A DNA stretch of 64,000 nucleotides from an uncultured Zetaproteobacteria bacterium (lineage in GTDB: Bacteria > Pseudomonadota > Zetaproteobacteria > Mariprofundales > Mariprofundaceae), in assembly GCA_964398225.1 (NCBI GenBank), contig CAYNLY010000001.1, positions 16,975-80,974 of the forward strand. The letters are read 5' to 3'. The translations under genes were made by a program, and so were the position numbers. The notes below the pieces were generated by a model. That model saw only the letters and a program-made list of their open reading frames with translations. It searched no databases and had not been told where the DNA came from. Positions 17,715 through 26,738 of this stretch are shown piece after piece (position 1 is the first letter of the stretch; each line of letters opens with the position of its first letter).

Positions 17715-18576
17715 GGGCGGCTTCTACCATGAAGACGGCGGGCATGCGACCCTCGAGGCCGAAGCGCCCCTGGTGCGGGCGGCCGGGCCCGGGCAAGCCG
17801 AGGATTACGGCGTGCAGGTCATCGAGACGATGCGCGTGGTCCGGGGAAGAGTGCTGAACCCCGGGCACCATGTGGCGCGGGCCAGCCGGGGGCTTGCGCG
17901 CCTTTCGGCGCTGCCGGTGGACGCCGAAGCCGTCGGCCGCGCGGTGGATCGTGCGATCGCTGAAGCCCGGGAATACGGCCCGGATGTCGTGCTCAGGCTG
18001 GCCTGGAAGCCTTCCGGAGACGAATGGCCGGCTAGGCGCTGGAAGCTCGTGTGCACGGTCCGCTCGGCGCCGGAGCCGTCCGCGTATGCACCCGTGAAGC
18101 TGCGTTCGCTGCGCGTGCCCCCGATGGCGATGACCGAGGCCAAGTTCGGCGCCGACTACGGGCGCATGATGCTGCGGGTGGCTTTCGATGCGCCGTCCGT
18201 TCCCTTCGCTCAGGTGCTTCGCTGCTGGCGCTCGCGGGTGCTGGGCGCGACGACGGCAAACCTTTGCCTTCGCGTTGCCGGCCAATGGTTGACGCCGGCC
18301 GACGGCGCCGGCGTGCTGCCGGGCAAGGTCCGCGCACTGCTTCTGAGGCTGGAGGCGGTATTGCCGGCGCGCATCACGGTTCCGATGCTGGCCGAGGCGG
18401 AAGCCGCGGCGCTGTGCAACGCCGGCTGGCTGATCCGCCCCGTGGCCGGCATCGACGACCGACCGCTTCCCCGGCCCGAGCTCGTCAGCGAGCTTGCCCG
18501 AGTGCTCGAGGGCATGCCAGGGGTGCCCGGCTGGCTGGGCAAGACCGTCATGGAGGGCGGCAGGGCATGCGGCTGA
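17713..18576 (+). CDS. pabC: class IV aminotransferase-fold protein, aminodeoxychorismate lyase-like
   Basis: Fold-type IV blocks are present (YGVQVIETMRVVRGRV..., GATTANLCLRVAGQWLTPADGAGVLPGKVR). It occupies the pabC position upstream of mltG-tmk-holB. The start is uncertain: ATG 17713 overlaps the ilvA start codon, and an in-frame GTG lies at 17773. Confidence 0.6.
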   Translation: MGGFYHEDGGHATLEAEAPLVRAAGPGQAEDYGVQVIETMRVVRGRVLNPGHHVARASRGLARLSALPVDAEAVGRAVDRAIAEAREYGPDVVLRLAWKPSGDEWPARRWKLVCTVRSAPEPSAYAPVKLRSLRVPPMAMTEAKFGADYGRMMLRVAFDAPSVPFAQVLRCWRSRVLGATTANLCLRVAGQWLTPADGAGVLPGKVRALLLRLEAVLPARITVPMLAEAEAAALCNAGWLIRPVAGIDDRPLPRPELVSELARVLEGMPGVPGWLGKTVMEGGRACG

Positions 18577-19577
18577 GGTTCGATCGCATGGGCTGGATGC
18601 GGCTGAGCGCCGCGGTTGCCGGGATCCTGTTCCTGAGCCTTGCCGCCGCATGCTGGCACGAGCTCAGCGAACGCCGGGCGCCGCCGAGCGCGGTCGAAAT
18701 GATGATTCCGAAGGGGGCCTCGGTGCGGACGATCGCCCGGCTGCTGGCCGAGCGCGGGATAATCGCCTCACCGCTGCTGTTCCGCGTGGCGGCAAGGCTC
18801 CGGGGGGATGCCGCGCGCCTTCGTCATGGCTACTACCGTTTTGCGGAGCCGGCGAGCATGCTCGAGGTCCTCGACCGGCTGGTCCGCGGCGACGTGATGC
18901 GGTTTTCCGTGACCGTGCCCGAAGGGCTGCGCACCGAGGAAGTGCTGGCGCTTCTCGCCGAGCGGACCGGTGTTCCTCTTTCCCGCTGGCGCGCGGCGAT
19001 GCGGGAGCTGGCAGGCCAAGAGATCGAGGGCAGGCTTCTGCCCGAGACCTACGACTATACGCTGCCGCTTTCTCCGAAGGCGCTGCTTGAGCGGATGATG
19101 AAGGCGCAGCGGGCCGTGCTCGAATCCTTGAGTCCGGACCGGAGGCAATGGCGTCGCCTGGTTATCATCGCCTCGATCATCGAGAAGGAAACCGGCATCG
19201 ACCGGGAGCGCCCGCTGGTGTCGGCCGTGATCCACAACCGCCTGAAGAAGCGGATGCGCCTGCAGATGGACCCGACCGTGATCTACGGCATCCTCCGGAC
19301 CGAAGGCGGCTTTTCGGGCAATCTGCGCCGCCGCGATCTGCGCACCGACACGCCCTGGAACACCTATACGCGCTACGGGCTGCCGCCGACCCCGATCTGC
19401 AACCCGGGACGGGCGTCCCTTGAGGCCGCGGCGCATCCCGCCGACGTGGACTACCTCTATTTCGTGGCCGATGGCACCGGCGGGCATGTGTTTGCGTCCA
19501 CGCGCGCCGAGCACGAGCGCAACGTCCGCGCCTGGGTGAACATCGAGCGGCGGCGCAGCCGGGGAGGATCACCCTGA
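18567..19577 (+). CDS. mltG: endolytic murein transglycosylase MltG (YceG family)
   Basis: Start trimmed to ATG 18567. N-terminal TM segment, then IPKGASVRTIARLLAERGII ... ASIIEKETG ... PTVIYG ... YNTY...GLPPTPICNPG, which are the YceG signatures. Confidence 0.88.
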   Translation: MRLRFDRMGWMRLSAAVAGILFLSLAAACWHELSERRAPPSAVEMMIPKGASVRTIARLLAERGIIASPLLFRVAARLRGDAARLRHGYYRFAEPASMLEVLDRLVRGDVMRFSVTVPEGLRTEEVLALLAERTGVPLSRWRAAMRELAGQEIEGRLLPETYDYTLPLSPKALLERMMKAQRAVLESLSPDRRQWRRLVIIASIIEKETGIDRERPLVSAVIHNRLKKRMRLQMDPTVIYGILRTEGGFSGNLRRRDLRTDTPWNTYTRYGLPPTPICNPGRASLEAAAHPADVDYLYFVADGTGGHVFASTRAEHERNVRAWVNIERRRSRGGSP

Positions 19578-19834
19578 TGGGCCGCGAGGAGGAGGTCTGG
19601 GTGGTTCGCCTCGAGATGCCGCCCGAGACGATGGTGCGATTCCAGTTCCTGCTTCAGGGCGAGGACGGGCTGGCGATCGACCGGGGCGGCGGCAGGTCCG
19701 CGCACGAACTCTGGACCGTGGCCGACCGTCTCGACGAGCTTTACGCATTTCTCGAAGAGTTGCCGGAGCACTGGGGCATCCGCGTTCTGGGCGTGCGGCG
19801 CTGGGTTCCGGAGGTAGGAGGAAGGCCATCATGA
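19577..19834 (+). CDS. small hypothetical protein (85 aa) between mltG and tmk
   Basis: The ATG overlaps the mltG stop (TGATG). A GGAGGA site lies about 9 nt upstream. Its stop overlaps the tmk ATG (ATGA). I recognise no motif. Confidence 0.5.
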   Translation: MGREEEVWVVRLEMPPETMVRFQFLLQGEDGLAIDRGGGRSAHELWTVADRLDELYAFLEELPEHWGIRVLGVRRWVPEVGGRPS

Positions 19835-20481
19835 ACAGGCGCGGCCGGTTCATCACGCTTGAGGGCATCGACGGCTCGGGCAAGTCCACGCAGGCCGGGC
19901 GCCTCGCAAAGCGGCTGGAAGCGCGGGGGCTCAAGGTGGTGCGCACGCGCGAGCCCGGCGGCACGGCGCTGGGGCGGGAGATCCGACGGCTGCTGCTCGA
20001 TGGCAGGCATGCGCCCGTGGCCGAGGCCGAGCTGCTGCTGTTTCTGGCCGATCGCGCCCAGCATGTGCGCACGCTTGTGGCTCCGGCGCTGGCCGAAGGC
20101 GCCTGGGTGCTGTGCGACCGCTATTCCGATTCGACGCTGGCCTATCAGGCCGCCGCCCGCGGACTGGGCGCGATCGATGAGGTGCGCGAACTCATCGGCT
20201 TCGCCGAATGCGGCTGCCGGCCGGATCTGACGCTGTGGTTCGATCTGCCGGTCGAGCAGGCCCGGAGCCGGATGCGCGCCCGGACGGATGCCGGCACGGT
20301 GCCAAGCCGGCTCGATTCCGAAAGCCTCGCGTTTCATCGGCGGGTTGCGGAGGCGTTCGCCGATCTGGCCCGGGCCGAGCCCGACCGCATCGTGCGCATC
20401 GATGCGGAGGCGGATGAGGATGCGGTCGAACGCTGCGCCTGGGCGGCATTGACGCGCGCGTTTCCGGAGCTGTCCACATGA
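19831..20481 (+). CDS. tmk: dTMP kinase (thymidylate kinase)
   Basis: P-loop FITLEGIDGSGKSTQ, DRY motif, and the conserved position before holB. Confidence 0.93.
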   Translation: MNRRGRFITLEGIDGSGKSTQAGRLAKRLEARGLKVVRTREPGGTALGREIRRLLLDGRHAPVAEAELLLFLADRAQHVRTLVAPALAEGAWVLCDRYSDSTLAYQAAARGLGAIDEVRELIGFAECGCRPDLTLWFDLPVEQARSRMRARTDAGTVPSRLDSESLAFHRRVAEAFADLARAEPDRIVRIDAEADEDAVERCAWAALTRAFPELST

Positions 20482-21404
20482 TCCGGGTGATCGGGCACGG
20501 CGCTCTGCGTCGGCGTTTCGCCGAGGCACTCACGGCGGGGCGACTTCATCATGCCTGGCTTCTGCACGGTCCGCGCGGCATCGGCAAGCGCCGGCTCGCC
20601 CTCGTGCTTGCGATGCGCGTGCTCTGCGAGCGCCCGGACGGGGAGGAGCCCTGTTTCGAGTGCCATGCCTGCCGGATGTCCGAAGCCGGCGCGCATCCCG
20701 ATCTGCTGATCGTGGAGCGGGAGGAGAAACGGCGCGACGTGCGCATCGATCAGGTTCGCGAACTGCTGTCCTTTCTGTCGCTTTCCGGGGCCGAGAGCGA
20801 GCGCAGGGTTGTCGTGCTCGACGATGCCGAGCGCCTGAACGCGCAGGCTGCGAACGCGCTGCTCAAGGGGCTTGAGGAGCCGGCTCCGGGAAGCCTGCTG
20901 CTGATGGTCTGCGCCGATGCGATGCGGCTTCCGGCCACCGTCCGATCGCGTTGCCTGATGGCGCATTGCCCGCCGCTTTCCGAGCCGGAATCCCGGCAGG
21001 TGCTGATCGAGCTGGGCGTGGATGAGGCCCATCTTGCCTTTGCCCTGCGCCATGCGGAGGGGTGCCCCGGCATCATGGCGCCGCTTGCCGATCCGGCCGT
21101 GGCCGAGGCGCTTTCCGCCTGGGAGAAGATGTGCGCGGAGCTTGCCCGCGCGGACGTCGCCGGCATCGAGGCATGGATCCGCGAACATCTGCCGCGCCTG
21201 CCGCATGACCTGGTCGCGCGCATCGCCGGGCGCGTGCTGCTGGATCAGGCGGCATCCGGCGCGTTCGCAGGTCGCGCCGAGGCCGCCTATGAAGCACTGG
21301 GCGGACTGATGCGCTGGCCGGCAGAGGTGCAGCGCCACTCGCTCAGGCCCGCAACCTCGCTGTTCGCCGCAGTGCTGAACATGCGCGCCGCCCTCCGCAG
21401 CTGA
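20478..21404 (+). CDS. holB: DNA polymerase III subunit delta'
   Basis: HAWLLHGPRGIGKRRLA, zinc module CFECHACR, and SRC motif TVRSRC. Follows tmk with an ATGA overlap. Confidence 0.88.
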   Translation: MIRVIGHGALRRRFAEALTAGRLHHAWLLHGPRGIGKRRLALVLAMRVLCERPDGEEPCFECHACRMSEAGAHPDLLIVEREEKRRDVRIDQVRELLSFLSLSGAESERRVVVLDDAERLNAQAANALLKGLEEPAPGSLLLMVCADAMRLPATVRSRCLMAHCPPLSEPESRQVLIELGVDEAHLAFALRHAEGCPGIMAPLADPAVAEALSAWEKMCAELARADVAGIEAWIREHLPRLPHDLVARIAGRVLLDQAASGAFAGRAEAAYEALGGLMRWPAEVQRHSLRPATSLFAAVLNMRAALRS

Positions 21405-21482
21405 CGGCTGACGGCTGGCGGCGCACGCAAGCCGCGCTAGAGTGCCGGTCCGGCAACAGCCAGTCAGGGGGCACGGGCATCG

Positions 21483-23027
21483 ATGAGCAACACCTTCTAT
21501 GTGACGACGCCGATCTACTACGTCAACGACGAACCTCATCTCGGCCACATCTACACGACGGTCGCGGCCGATGCGCTGGCCCGATACCACCGCCTGGCCG
21601 GCAGGGACGTGTTCTTTCTGACCGGCGTGGACGAGCACGGCCAGAAGGTGCAGCAGGCGGCCGAGGCGAAGGGAATGGCGCCGATCGAGCTTGCCGACCG
21701 GGTGGTCGAACGCTACCGGACGCTGTGGCCGCGGCTGTCGATCAGCAACGACGACTTCATCCGCACCAGCTCCGAGCGTCACAAGAAGGCGGTGCAGGCG
21801 ATGTGGCGGCGGCTGGATGCGGCGGGCTGCATCTACAAGGGTGTCTACGAGGACTGGTACTGCGTGCCCTGCGAAACCTACTGGACCGAAACCCAGCTCA
21901 AGGAGGCCGGGCTGTGGGAGAACCGGCTTTGCCCTGACTGTCGGCGTCCGGTCGAGCGGGTGGAGGAGGAGTCCTACTTTTTCCGGCTGAGCCGCTTCCA
22001 GGAGCCGCTGCTTGAGCACATCCGCACGCATCCCGATTTCATCATGCCCGAAAGCCGCCGCAACGAGGTGGTGAGCTTCATCGAGCGTGGGCTGAACGAC
22101 CTGTCGATCTCCCGCACGACCTTCTCCTGGGGCGTGCCCGTGCCCGGAGACGAGGCGCATGTGGTCTACGTCTGGATCGACGCTCTGACGAACTATCTGT
22201 CCGCGCTCGGTTTTCCCGATCCGGAGGTGCCCAAATACTGGCCCGCGGACGTGCACCTGATCGGCAAGGACATCCTTCGCTTTCATGCGATCTACTGGCC
22301 GGCGATGCTGATGGCCGCTGGCCTCCCGCTGCCCAGGCGGGTGTTCGCGCACGGCTGGTGGACGGTCGAGGGCGAGAAGATGAGCAAGTCGCGCGGCAAC
22401 GCGCTTCGGCCCGACGATCTGCTTGCGCGCTACGAGGCCGACGTGCTGCGCTATTTCCTGCTCCGGGAAGTGCCGTTCGGGCAGGACGGCGATTTCTCGT
22501 TCCGGGCGCTGGCCGCGCGCTACAACACGGAGCTCGCCAACGACGTTGGCAACCTGCTCAACCGCTCGCTGTCGATGCTGCATCGCTACCGCGACGGCGT
22601 GCTGGGCGCGCCCGCCGAGGAGACCGAATCGGACCGGGCCCTGATCGCGGACGTCGAGGGAATGCTTGCCGATGTCGCCGAAGCCATGGAGGTGCAGGCG
22701 TTCCATCGCGCGCTGGAGCGGGTCAATGCGGTCGTCCGCCACGGCAACCGCTATGTCGAGGAAAACGCGCCCTGGGTGCTCGCCAAATCGGGCGAGGATG
22801 CCCGCCTGGATGCCGTGCTCTACCACCTGATCGAGACGCTGCGCCTGGTGGGCCTGATGCTTGCGCCGTTCATGCCGGAAAAGGCACGCGCGATGCTCGG
22901 GCAGATCCTGAACGGGGAGCCCGAGATGCGGGAGCTCAGGCTTGCCGAGCACGGCGGCTGGGGGCTGTTGAAGCCGGGGCACCGCTGCGCGCGGCCCACG
23001 CCCGTGTTTCCGAGGATGCAGGACTGA
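21483..23027 (+). CDS. metG: methionine--tRNA ligase (short form, no C-terminal EMAP/Trbp domain)
   Basis: HIGH-type motif (PHLGHIYT), zinc knuckle CVPCE...CPDC, and KMSKS. Confidence 0.95.
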   Translation: MSNTFYVTTPIYYVNDEPHLGHIYTTVAADALARYHRLAGRDVFFLTGVDEHGQKVQQAAEAKGMAPIELADRVVERYRTLWPRLSISNDDFIRTSSERHKKAVQAMWRRLDAAGCIYKGVYEDWYCVPCETYWTETQLKEAGLWENRLCPDCRRPVERVEEESYFFRLSRFQEPLLEHIRTHPDFIMPESRRNEVVSFIERGLNDLSISRTTFSWGVPVPGDEAHVVYVWIDALTNYLSALGFPDPEVPKYWPADVHLIGKDILRFHAIYWPAMLMAAGLPLPRRVFAHGWWTVEGEKMSKSRGNALRPDDLLARYEADVLRYFLLREVPFGQDGDFSFRALAARYNTELANDVGNLLNRSLSMLHRYRDGVLGAPAEETESDRALIADVEGMLADVAEAMEVQAFHRALERVNAVVRHGNRYVEENAPWVLAKSGEDARLDAVLYHLIETLRLVGLMLAPFMPEKARAMLGQILNGEPEMRELRLAEHGGWGLLKPGHRCARPTPVFPRMQD

Positions 23028-23094
23028 GCGGAAAACCGTGATCTGCGTCACGAAGGGGATTGTCAACCGCGCCTGATCGGCGCATCCTTGGCGC

Positions 23095-23631
23095 ATGCCA
23101 CGGAAGGTCATCCAGCGCTACATGCCGGATCATGAAAAGGTGCGCAATCACCGGCACCTTCAGTGCCTTTCCTGCTTCTTCCACCGCCCGGGGCTGTGGC
23201 ATCTGAACCGGCATTCGGTGGCGCGGGCGATGGCGATCGGCCTGTTCTTCGCCTTCGTGCCGGTGCCGTTCCAGATGCTGCTTGCCGCCACCGGCGCGGT
23301 GATGTTCAACAGCAACCTGCCGGTTTCGGTCGGCATGGTCTGGCTGACCAATCCGTTGACGATGCCTCCGATCTTCTATTTCGCCTATCTTCTCGGCGCA
23401 TGGCTGATGGGCATGGATGCGCAGGCGGCCTCGTTTGCCGATTTCGAGCTTTCCTGGGCCTGGCTCAGTTCGGCGCTGGCCGCGGGCTGGAAGCCGTTTC
23501 TGCTCGGCTGCTTCGTGCTGGGCGTGATCAGCTCGCTGCTGGGCTATGTCGGCACCCAGGCGATGTGGCGCATCGCGGTGCTTCGGCGCTGGCGCCGCCG
23601 GCGGGCCTACCGTCTCGCGCACGCGGCCTGA
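23095..23631 (+). CDS. DUF2062 family membrane protein
   Basis: The N-terminal block HSVARAMAIGLFFAFVPVPFQMLLA and WLTNPLTMPPIFYFAY are typical of DUF2062. Confidence 0.7.
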   Translation: MPRKVIQRYMPDHEKVRNHRHLQCLSCFFHRPGLWHLNRHSVARAMAIGLFFAFVPVPFQMLLAATGAVMFNSNLPVSVGMVWLTNPLTMPPIFYFAYLLGAWLMGMDAQAASFADFELSWAWLSSALAAGWKPFLLGCFVLGVISSLLGYVGTQAMWRIAVLRRWRRRRAYRLAHAA

Positions 23632-23648
23632 ACGGGCTGCCGGTCCGC

Positions 23649-24560
23649 ATGCCCGGCGGGCGACTGCACCAGGACATCCGCGCTGCCCTCGAGGCGGTGG
23701 CGCCCGGGCTTGAGCTGAAGGACGTTCGTCCCGTTTCCGGCGGAAGCATCAACCGGGCCTATGTGCTTGAGGGCGCGAGCAAGAGGGGGCCGTGCCGGTT
23801 CTTCGTCAAGGTCAACGACGCCCGATTCGGGGACATGTTCGAGGCCGAACGCGAGGGGCTCGCCGAGCTTGCAGGGGCGGGCGCGATCCGCGTACCCCGG
23901 CCGCTCGCGTTCGGCGAAAGCGAGGGGCAGTGCTGGCTCGCATGCGAATACATCGCATTTGGCCGGGAGCGGTCCGGTTCGATGGCCCGGCTGGGCGAAC
24001 AGCTGGCCCGGCTGCACCGGCATACGGCGCCGCGCTTCGGCTGGCATCGTGACAACACGATCGGTTCCACGCCGCAGCCCAACGGCTGGCATGAGGACTG
24101 GCTGGCGTTCTACCGCGAGCGCCGGCTTCTGCATCAGCTGGATCTTCTGAAATCCCGCGGCGCGTCCTCAAGGCTCATCGACCGGGGCCGGAGGCTTGCG
24201 CAGCATCTTGAAGCATTCTTTTCCGGATATCGGCCCGTGCCCTCGCTGCTGCACGGCGATCTGTGGGGCGGGAATCGTGGCTTCGACGAACACGGCGAAC
24301 CGGTTCTGTTCGATCCCGCGGTCTACTACGGGGACCGGGAGGCGGATCTAGCCATGACCGAGCTGTTCGGCGGATTCAGCGACGCGTTCTACGACGCCTA
24401 TCGCGCCGCCTGGCCGCTTGATCCCGGCTACCGGGTGCGCCGGGATCTCTACAACCTCTACCATGTGCTCAACCACGCCAATCTGTTCGGCGGCGGCTAT
24501 GCAAGCCAGGCGGCGGGCATGATCGATCGGCTGCTGGCCGAAGCGGGGCTTGGCGGATGA
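23649..24560 (+). CDS. fructosamine/ketosamine kinase family protein
   Basis: Start trimmed to ATG 23649. The translation has VSGGSINRAYVL, FVKVN, LLHGDLWGGN and DPAVYYGDREADLAM. Confidence 0.85.
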   Translation: MPGGRLHQDIRAALEAVAPGLELKDVRPVSGGSINRAYVLEGASKRGPCRFFVKVNDARFGDMFEAEREGLAELAGAGAIRVPRPLAFGESEGQCWLACEYIAFGRERSGSMARLGEQLARLHRHTAPRFGWHRDNTIGSTPQPNGWHEDWLAFYRERRLLHQLDLLKSRGASSRLIDRGRRLAQHLEAFFSGYRPVPSLLHGDLWGGNRGFDEHGEPVLFDPAVYYGDREADLAMTELFGGFSDAFYDAYRAAWPLDPGYRVRRDLYNLYHVLNHANLFGGGYASQAAGMIDRLLAEAGLGG

Positions 24561-24970
24561 GTCCTGCGGCCGCGAGCGCCCGCGTGCGGCTGACCTTCAG
24601 TTTCCGGGGCGAAATCTTCCAGCCGTGCGCGCGGCTGGATCTGGACCGCTGGATGCGGGAGACGGACGGCCGCATCGAAGCGCTCTACGACTGGCTGGCG
24701 GACGCCGCGGGCATCGACCGCTATTCGTACGAATACGAGGTCATGGTGCTCGAGCCGCTCGAGTTTCTCGAACCCGAAGGGCTTGCCCGCGACTTCGTCG
24801 AGGACGGCAGGCTCGACGTGGAGGGATTCGCGCGCGCCTGGCACCGGGCGCATGCGCTGGAGATCGTCGCGCCGATCGCGCGCCGGCATCTGGGGGTGGA
24901 GGATCTTGCGCGCGAGCCGGAGCTTGCGGAGGCGCTGATCGCGGCCTGGAACGCCGGCCGCCGGGGCTGA
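24557..24970 (+). CDS. hypothetical protein (137 aa)
   Basis: The ATG overlaps the preceding stop (ATGA). The acidic protein has normal composition. Its stop abuts the cmoB stop on the opposite strand. I recognise no family. Confidence 0.45.
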   Translation: MSPAAASARVRLTFSFRGEIFQPCARLDLDRWMRETDGRIEALYDWLADAAGIDRYSYEYEVMVLEPLEFLEPEGLARDFVEDGRLDVEGFARAWHRAHALEIVAPIARRHLGVEDLAREPELAEALIAAWNAGRRG

Positions 24971-25933
24971 CTACGGGCGGGCTATGGTCACGGCCCGGAG
25001 CGGCGCCGGATGCCCCTCGATCGTGCGGGAAGAATCGTCCGGGTCGAGAAAATCGGCCAGGGATTCAAAGCGCATCCACGGCGTGCGGCGCTGCTCCGCA
25101 GGCGTCGTCGGCGTGATGTCGACGATGTCCACCTTCGAGAACCCCGAGCGCTTCAGCCAGATTTCCAGCATGCCGGGCGAGGGGATGAACCAGACGTTGC
25201 GCATCTTCGCATAGCGCCCGGGCGGCACGAGGCAGGCATCGGCCTTGCCGCGAACGACCAGGGTTTCCAGCACCAGAAGCCCGTCGTCGGAAAGATGGGC
25301 GCGCAGCGCCTGCAGGTGTTCGATCGGCGAGCGGCGATGGTAGAGCACGCCCATCGAAAGCACGCGCTCGAAGCGCACGGGGCGGCGCGCAAGCTCCTCG
25401 AAGCCCCCCGGGATCAGCATCACGTCCGGATCGCGCAGATAGCGCCAGACGGCCGCAAACTGATGGGCATAGAGCGCGACCGGATCCACGCCCAGGCAGA
25501 AGCGCGCGCCCGCATCGCGCAGCCGCCAGAGGAAATAGCCGTTGCCGCATCCGACGTCGAGCACCCGGCATCCTTCAAGCGCGCCCAGATGCGGCGCGAT
25601 GCGGTTCCATTTCATGTCCGAGCGCCATTCGGCGTCCACGCGCAGGCCGAAGAAGTCGAACGGGCCCTTGCGCCAGGGATGCAGCGCCCTCAGCGCGGGC
25701 TCAAGGCGCGCGGCGTCCGCCTCCGCAAGGGCCCCGCGGAGGGCCACGGCGCCTTCGCGGACGGCGAGCCTGGCGGATGCGTCGGGAAGCCCGGCCAGCG
25801 CCTTCCGCCATCGGGGCGCATCGCCGTGGCGGGCGGCGCGCGTCCAGCCTTCGGCGTTCAGCGCCGTGAGCCTTCGCGCCGCGTCGGCTCCGAGTTCGTC
25901 CGGGGCGCGCCAGTGCAGGGGCATCGGGCTCAT
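24971..25933 (-). CDS. cmoB: tRNA U34 carboxymethyltransferase CmoB
   Basis: Start trimmed to ATG 25933; the ORF-track ORF runs on through cmoA. The translation has LHPWRKGPFDFFGLRVDAEWRSDMKW and SAM motif VLDVGCGNGY. Confidence 0.9.
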   Translation of the reverse strand: MSPMPLHWRAPDELGADAARRLTALNAEGWTRAARHGDAPRWRKALAGLPDASARLAVREGAVALRGALAEADAARLEPALRALHPWRKGPFDFFGLRVDAEWRSDMKWNRIAPHLGALEGCRVLDVGCGNGYFLWRLRDAGARFCLGVDPVALYAHQFAAVWRYLRDPDVMLIPGGFEELARRPVRFERVLSMGVLYHRRSPIEHLQALRAHLSDDGLLVLETLVVRGKADACLVPPGRYAKMRNVWFIPSPGMLEIWLKRSGFSKVDIVDITPTTPAEQRRTPWMRFESLADFLDPDDSSRTIEGHPAPLRAVTIARP

Positions 25934-25941
25934 CGTCGCCT

Positions 25942-26661
25942 TCAGCGGATCGCGAGCAGGGTGACGAAGTGCAGGCAGCGGCTGAGTTCGGTGATGCGGG
26001 AAAATCCCGCGCGTTTCAGCCTGCGGCGGTGGGTGGATATGGGCTCCGGGATCAGCACCCGCGAAAGCGCCTGCCGCTTGCGGGCGATCTCCAGCTCCGA
26101 GTAGCCGCGGGCGCGCTTGAAGTCCTCGTGCAGCGCGATCAGCGCCTCCCGGGCCCAAGGCTCGGCGGGCTCGATCTTTTCCGAGAGCACGAGCGCATCG
26201 CCCGGGCGCATCGCCCGGGCCAGCCGGGCAAGCAGGGCGGCGCGGTCCCGCCGGGGCAGGAACTGAAGCACGAAGTTCAGCGCGGCCACCGAGACGTTCG
26301 CCGGCCGCAGGTCGCGGATGTCCGCGCAGACGAGCCGGACGGGCAGGCCGGCAAGATGCGCGCGTGCCCGGGTCAGCATCGCGGGGGAGCGGTCCACGGC
26401 GACGATCCGGCAGTCGAGGGCGCCGACGGCTTCGGCCATGGCCCGCGCGCCATCGCCCAGCGAGCAGCCGAGATCGAGCAGCAGGCTTCCCGGCCGGGCG
26501 TGGCGGCGGGCAATCGATCCGATGATTTCGAGCGTGAGCTCGTACCCCGGCACCGAGCGCCGGATCATGTCCTCGAATACGGACGCGACCGCCTCGTCGA
26601 AACGGAAGCGGTCGGGTGCATCGGGGCGCCGGAAGAGCTCGTCGCGCTTGAGCCTGCTCAT
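25942..26661 (-). CDS. cmoA: carboxy-S-adenosyl-L-methionine synthase CmoA
   Basis: FRFDEAVASVFEDMIRRSVPGY, LLDLGCSLGD and ALNFVLQFL. Lies immediately upstream of cmoB. Confidence 0.9.
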   Translation of the reverse strand: MSRLKRDELFRRPDAPDRFRFDEAVASVFEDMIRRSVPGYELTLEIIGSIARRHARPGSLLLDLGCSLGDGARAMAEAVGALDCRIVAVDRSPAMLTRARAHLAGLPVRLVCADIRDLRPANVSVAALNFVLQFLPRRDRAALLARLARAMRPGDALVLSEKIEPAEPWAREALIALHEDFKRARGYSELEIARKRQALSRVLIPEPISTHRRRLKRAGFSRITELSRCLHFVTLLAIR

Positions 26662-26710
26662 GGCCTGCGAGGCTACGCCGGCCCGCGGATGCGCGCACCC
26701 CGCTTGCCTG

Positions 26711-26726
26711 GTGAACGATCGTTCAC
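26711..26726. promoter_or_regulatory. perfect 16-bp palindrome, candidate LexA-type operator (GAAC-N4-GTTC core)
   Basis: GTGAACGATCGTTCAC lies 13 nt upstream of the ATG of the LexA-like gene, in the divergent cmoA/lexA-like intergenic region. The core matches the Cheo-box architecture GAAC-N4-GTTC. Confidence 0.6.
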
Positions 26727-26738
26727 TATGCTTCCGGC

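Noticed and set aside
18051-18566. N-terminal extensions of ORF-track entries reading through upstream genes: mltG from 18051, fructosamine kinase from 23163, cmoB through cmoA to 26698, pdxJ from 35021, NMO to 13329, hflD to 54966, DUF455 from 54194, serB to 57002, mfd to 59890, fliD from 1839, and the GspL-like gene from 48276.
   Set aside because: In each case the extension overlaps the neighbouring gene in another frame and has artefact composition. An internal ATG or GTG with a Shine-Dalgarno site or stop-start coupling yields the expected conserved N-terminus.
20334-23111. 925-aa minus-strand ORF spanning the antisense of holB, metG and their intergenic region.
   Set aside because: It crosses two well-supported plus-strand genes and an intergenic region. 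It shows Arg/His/Gly/Pro-rich low-information composition.
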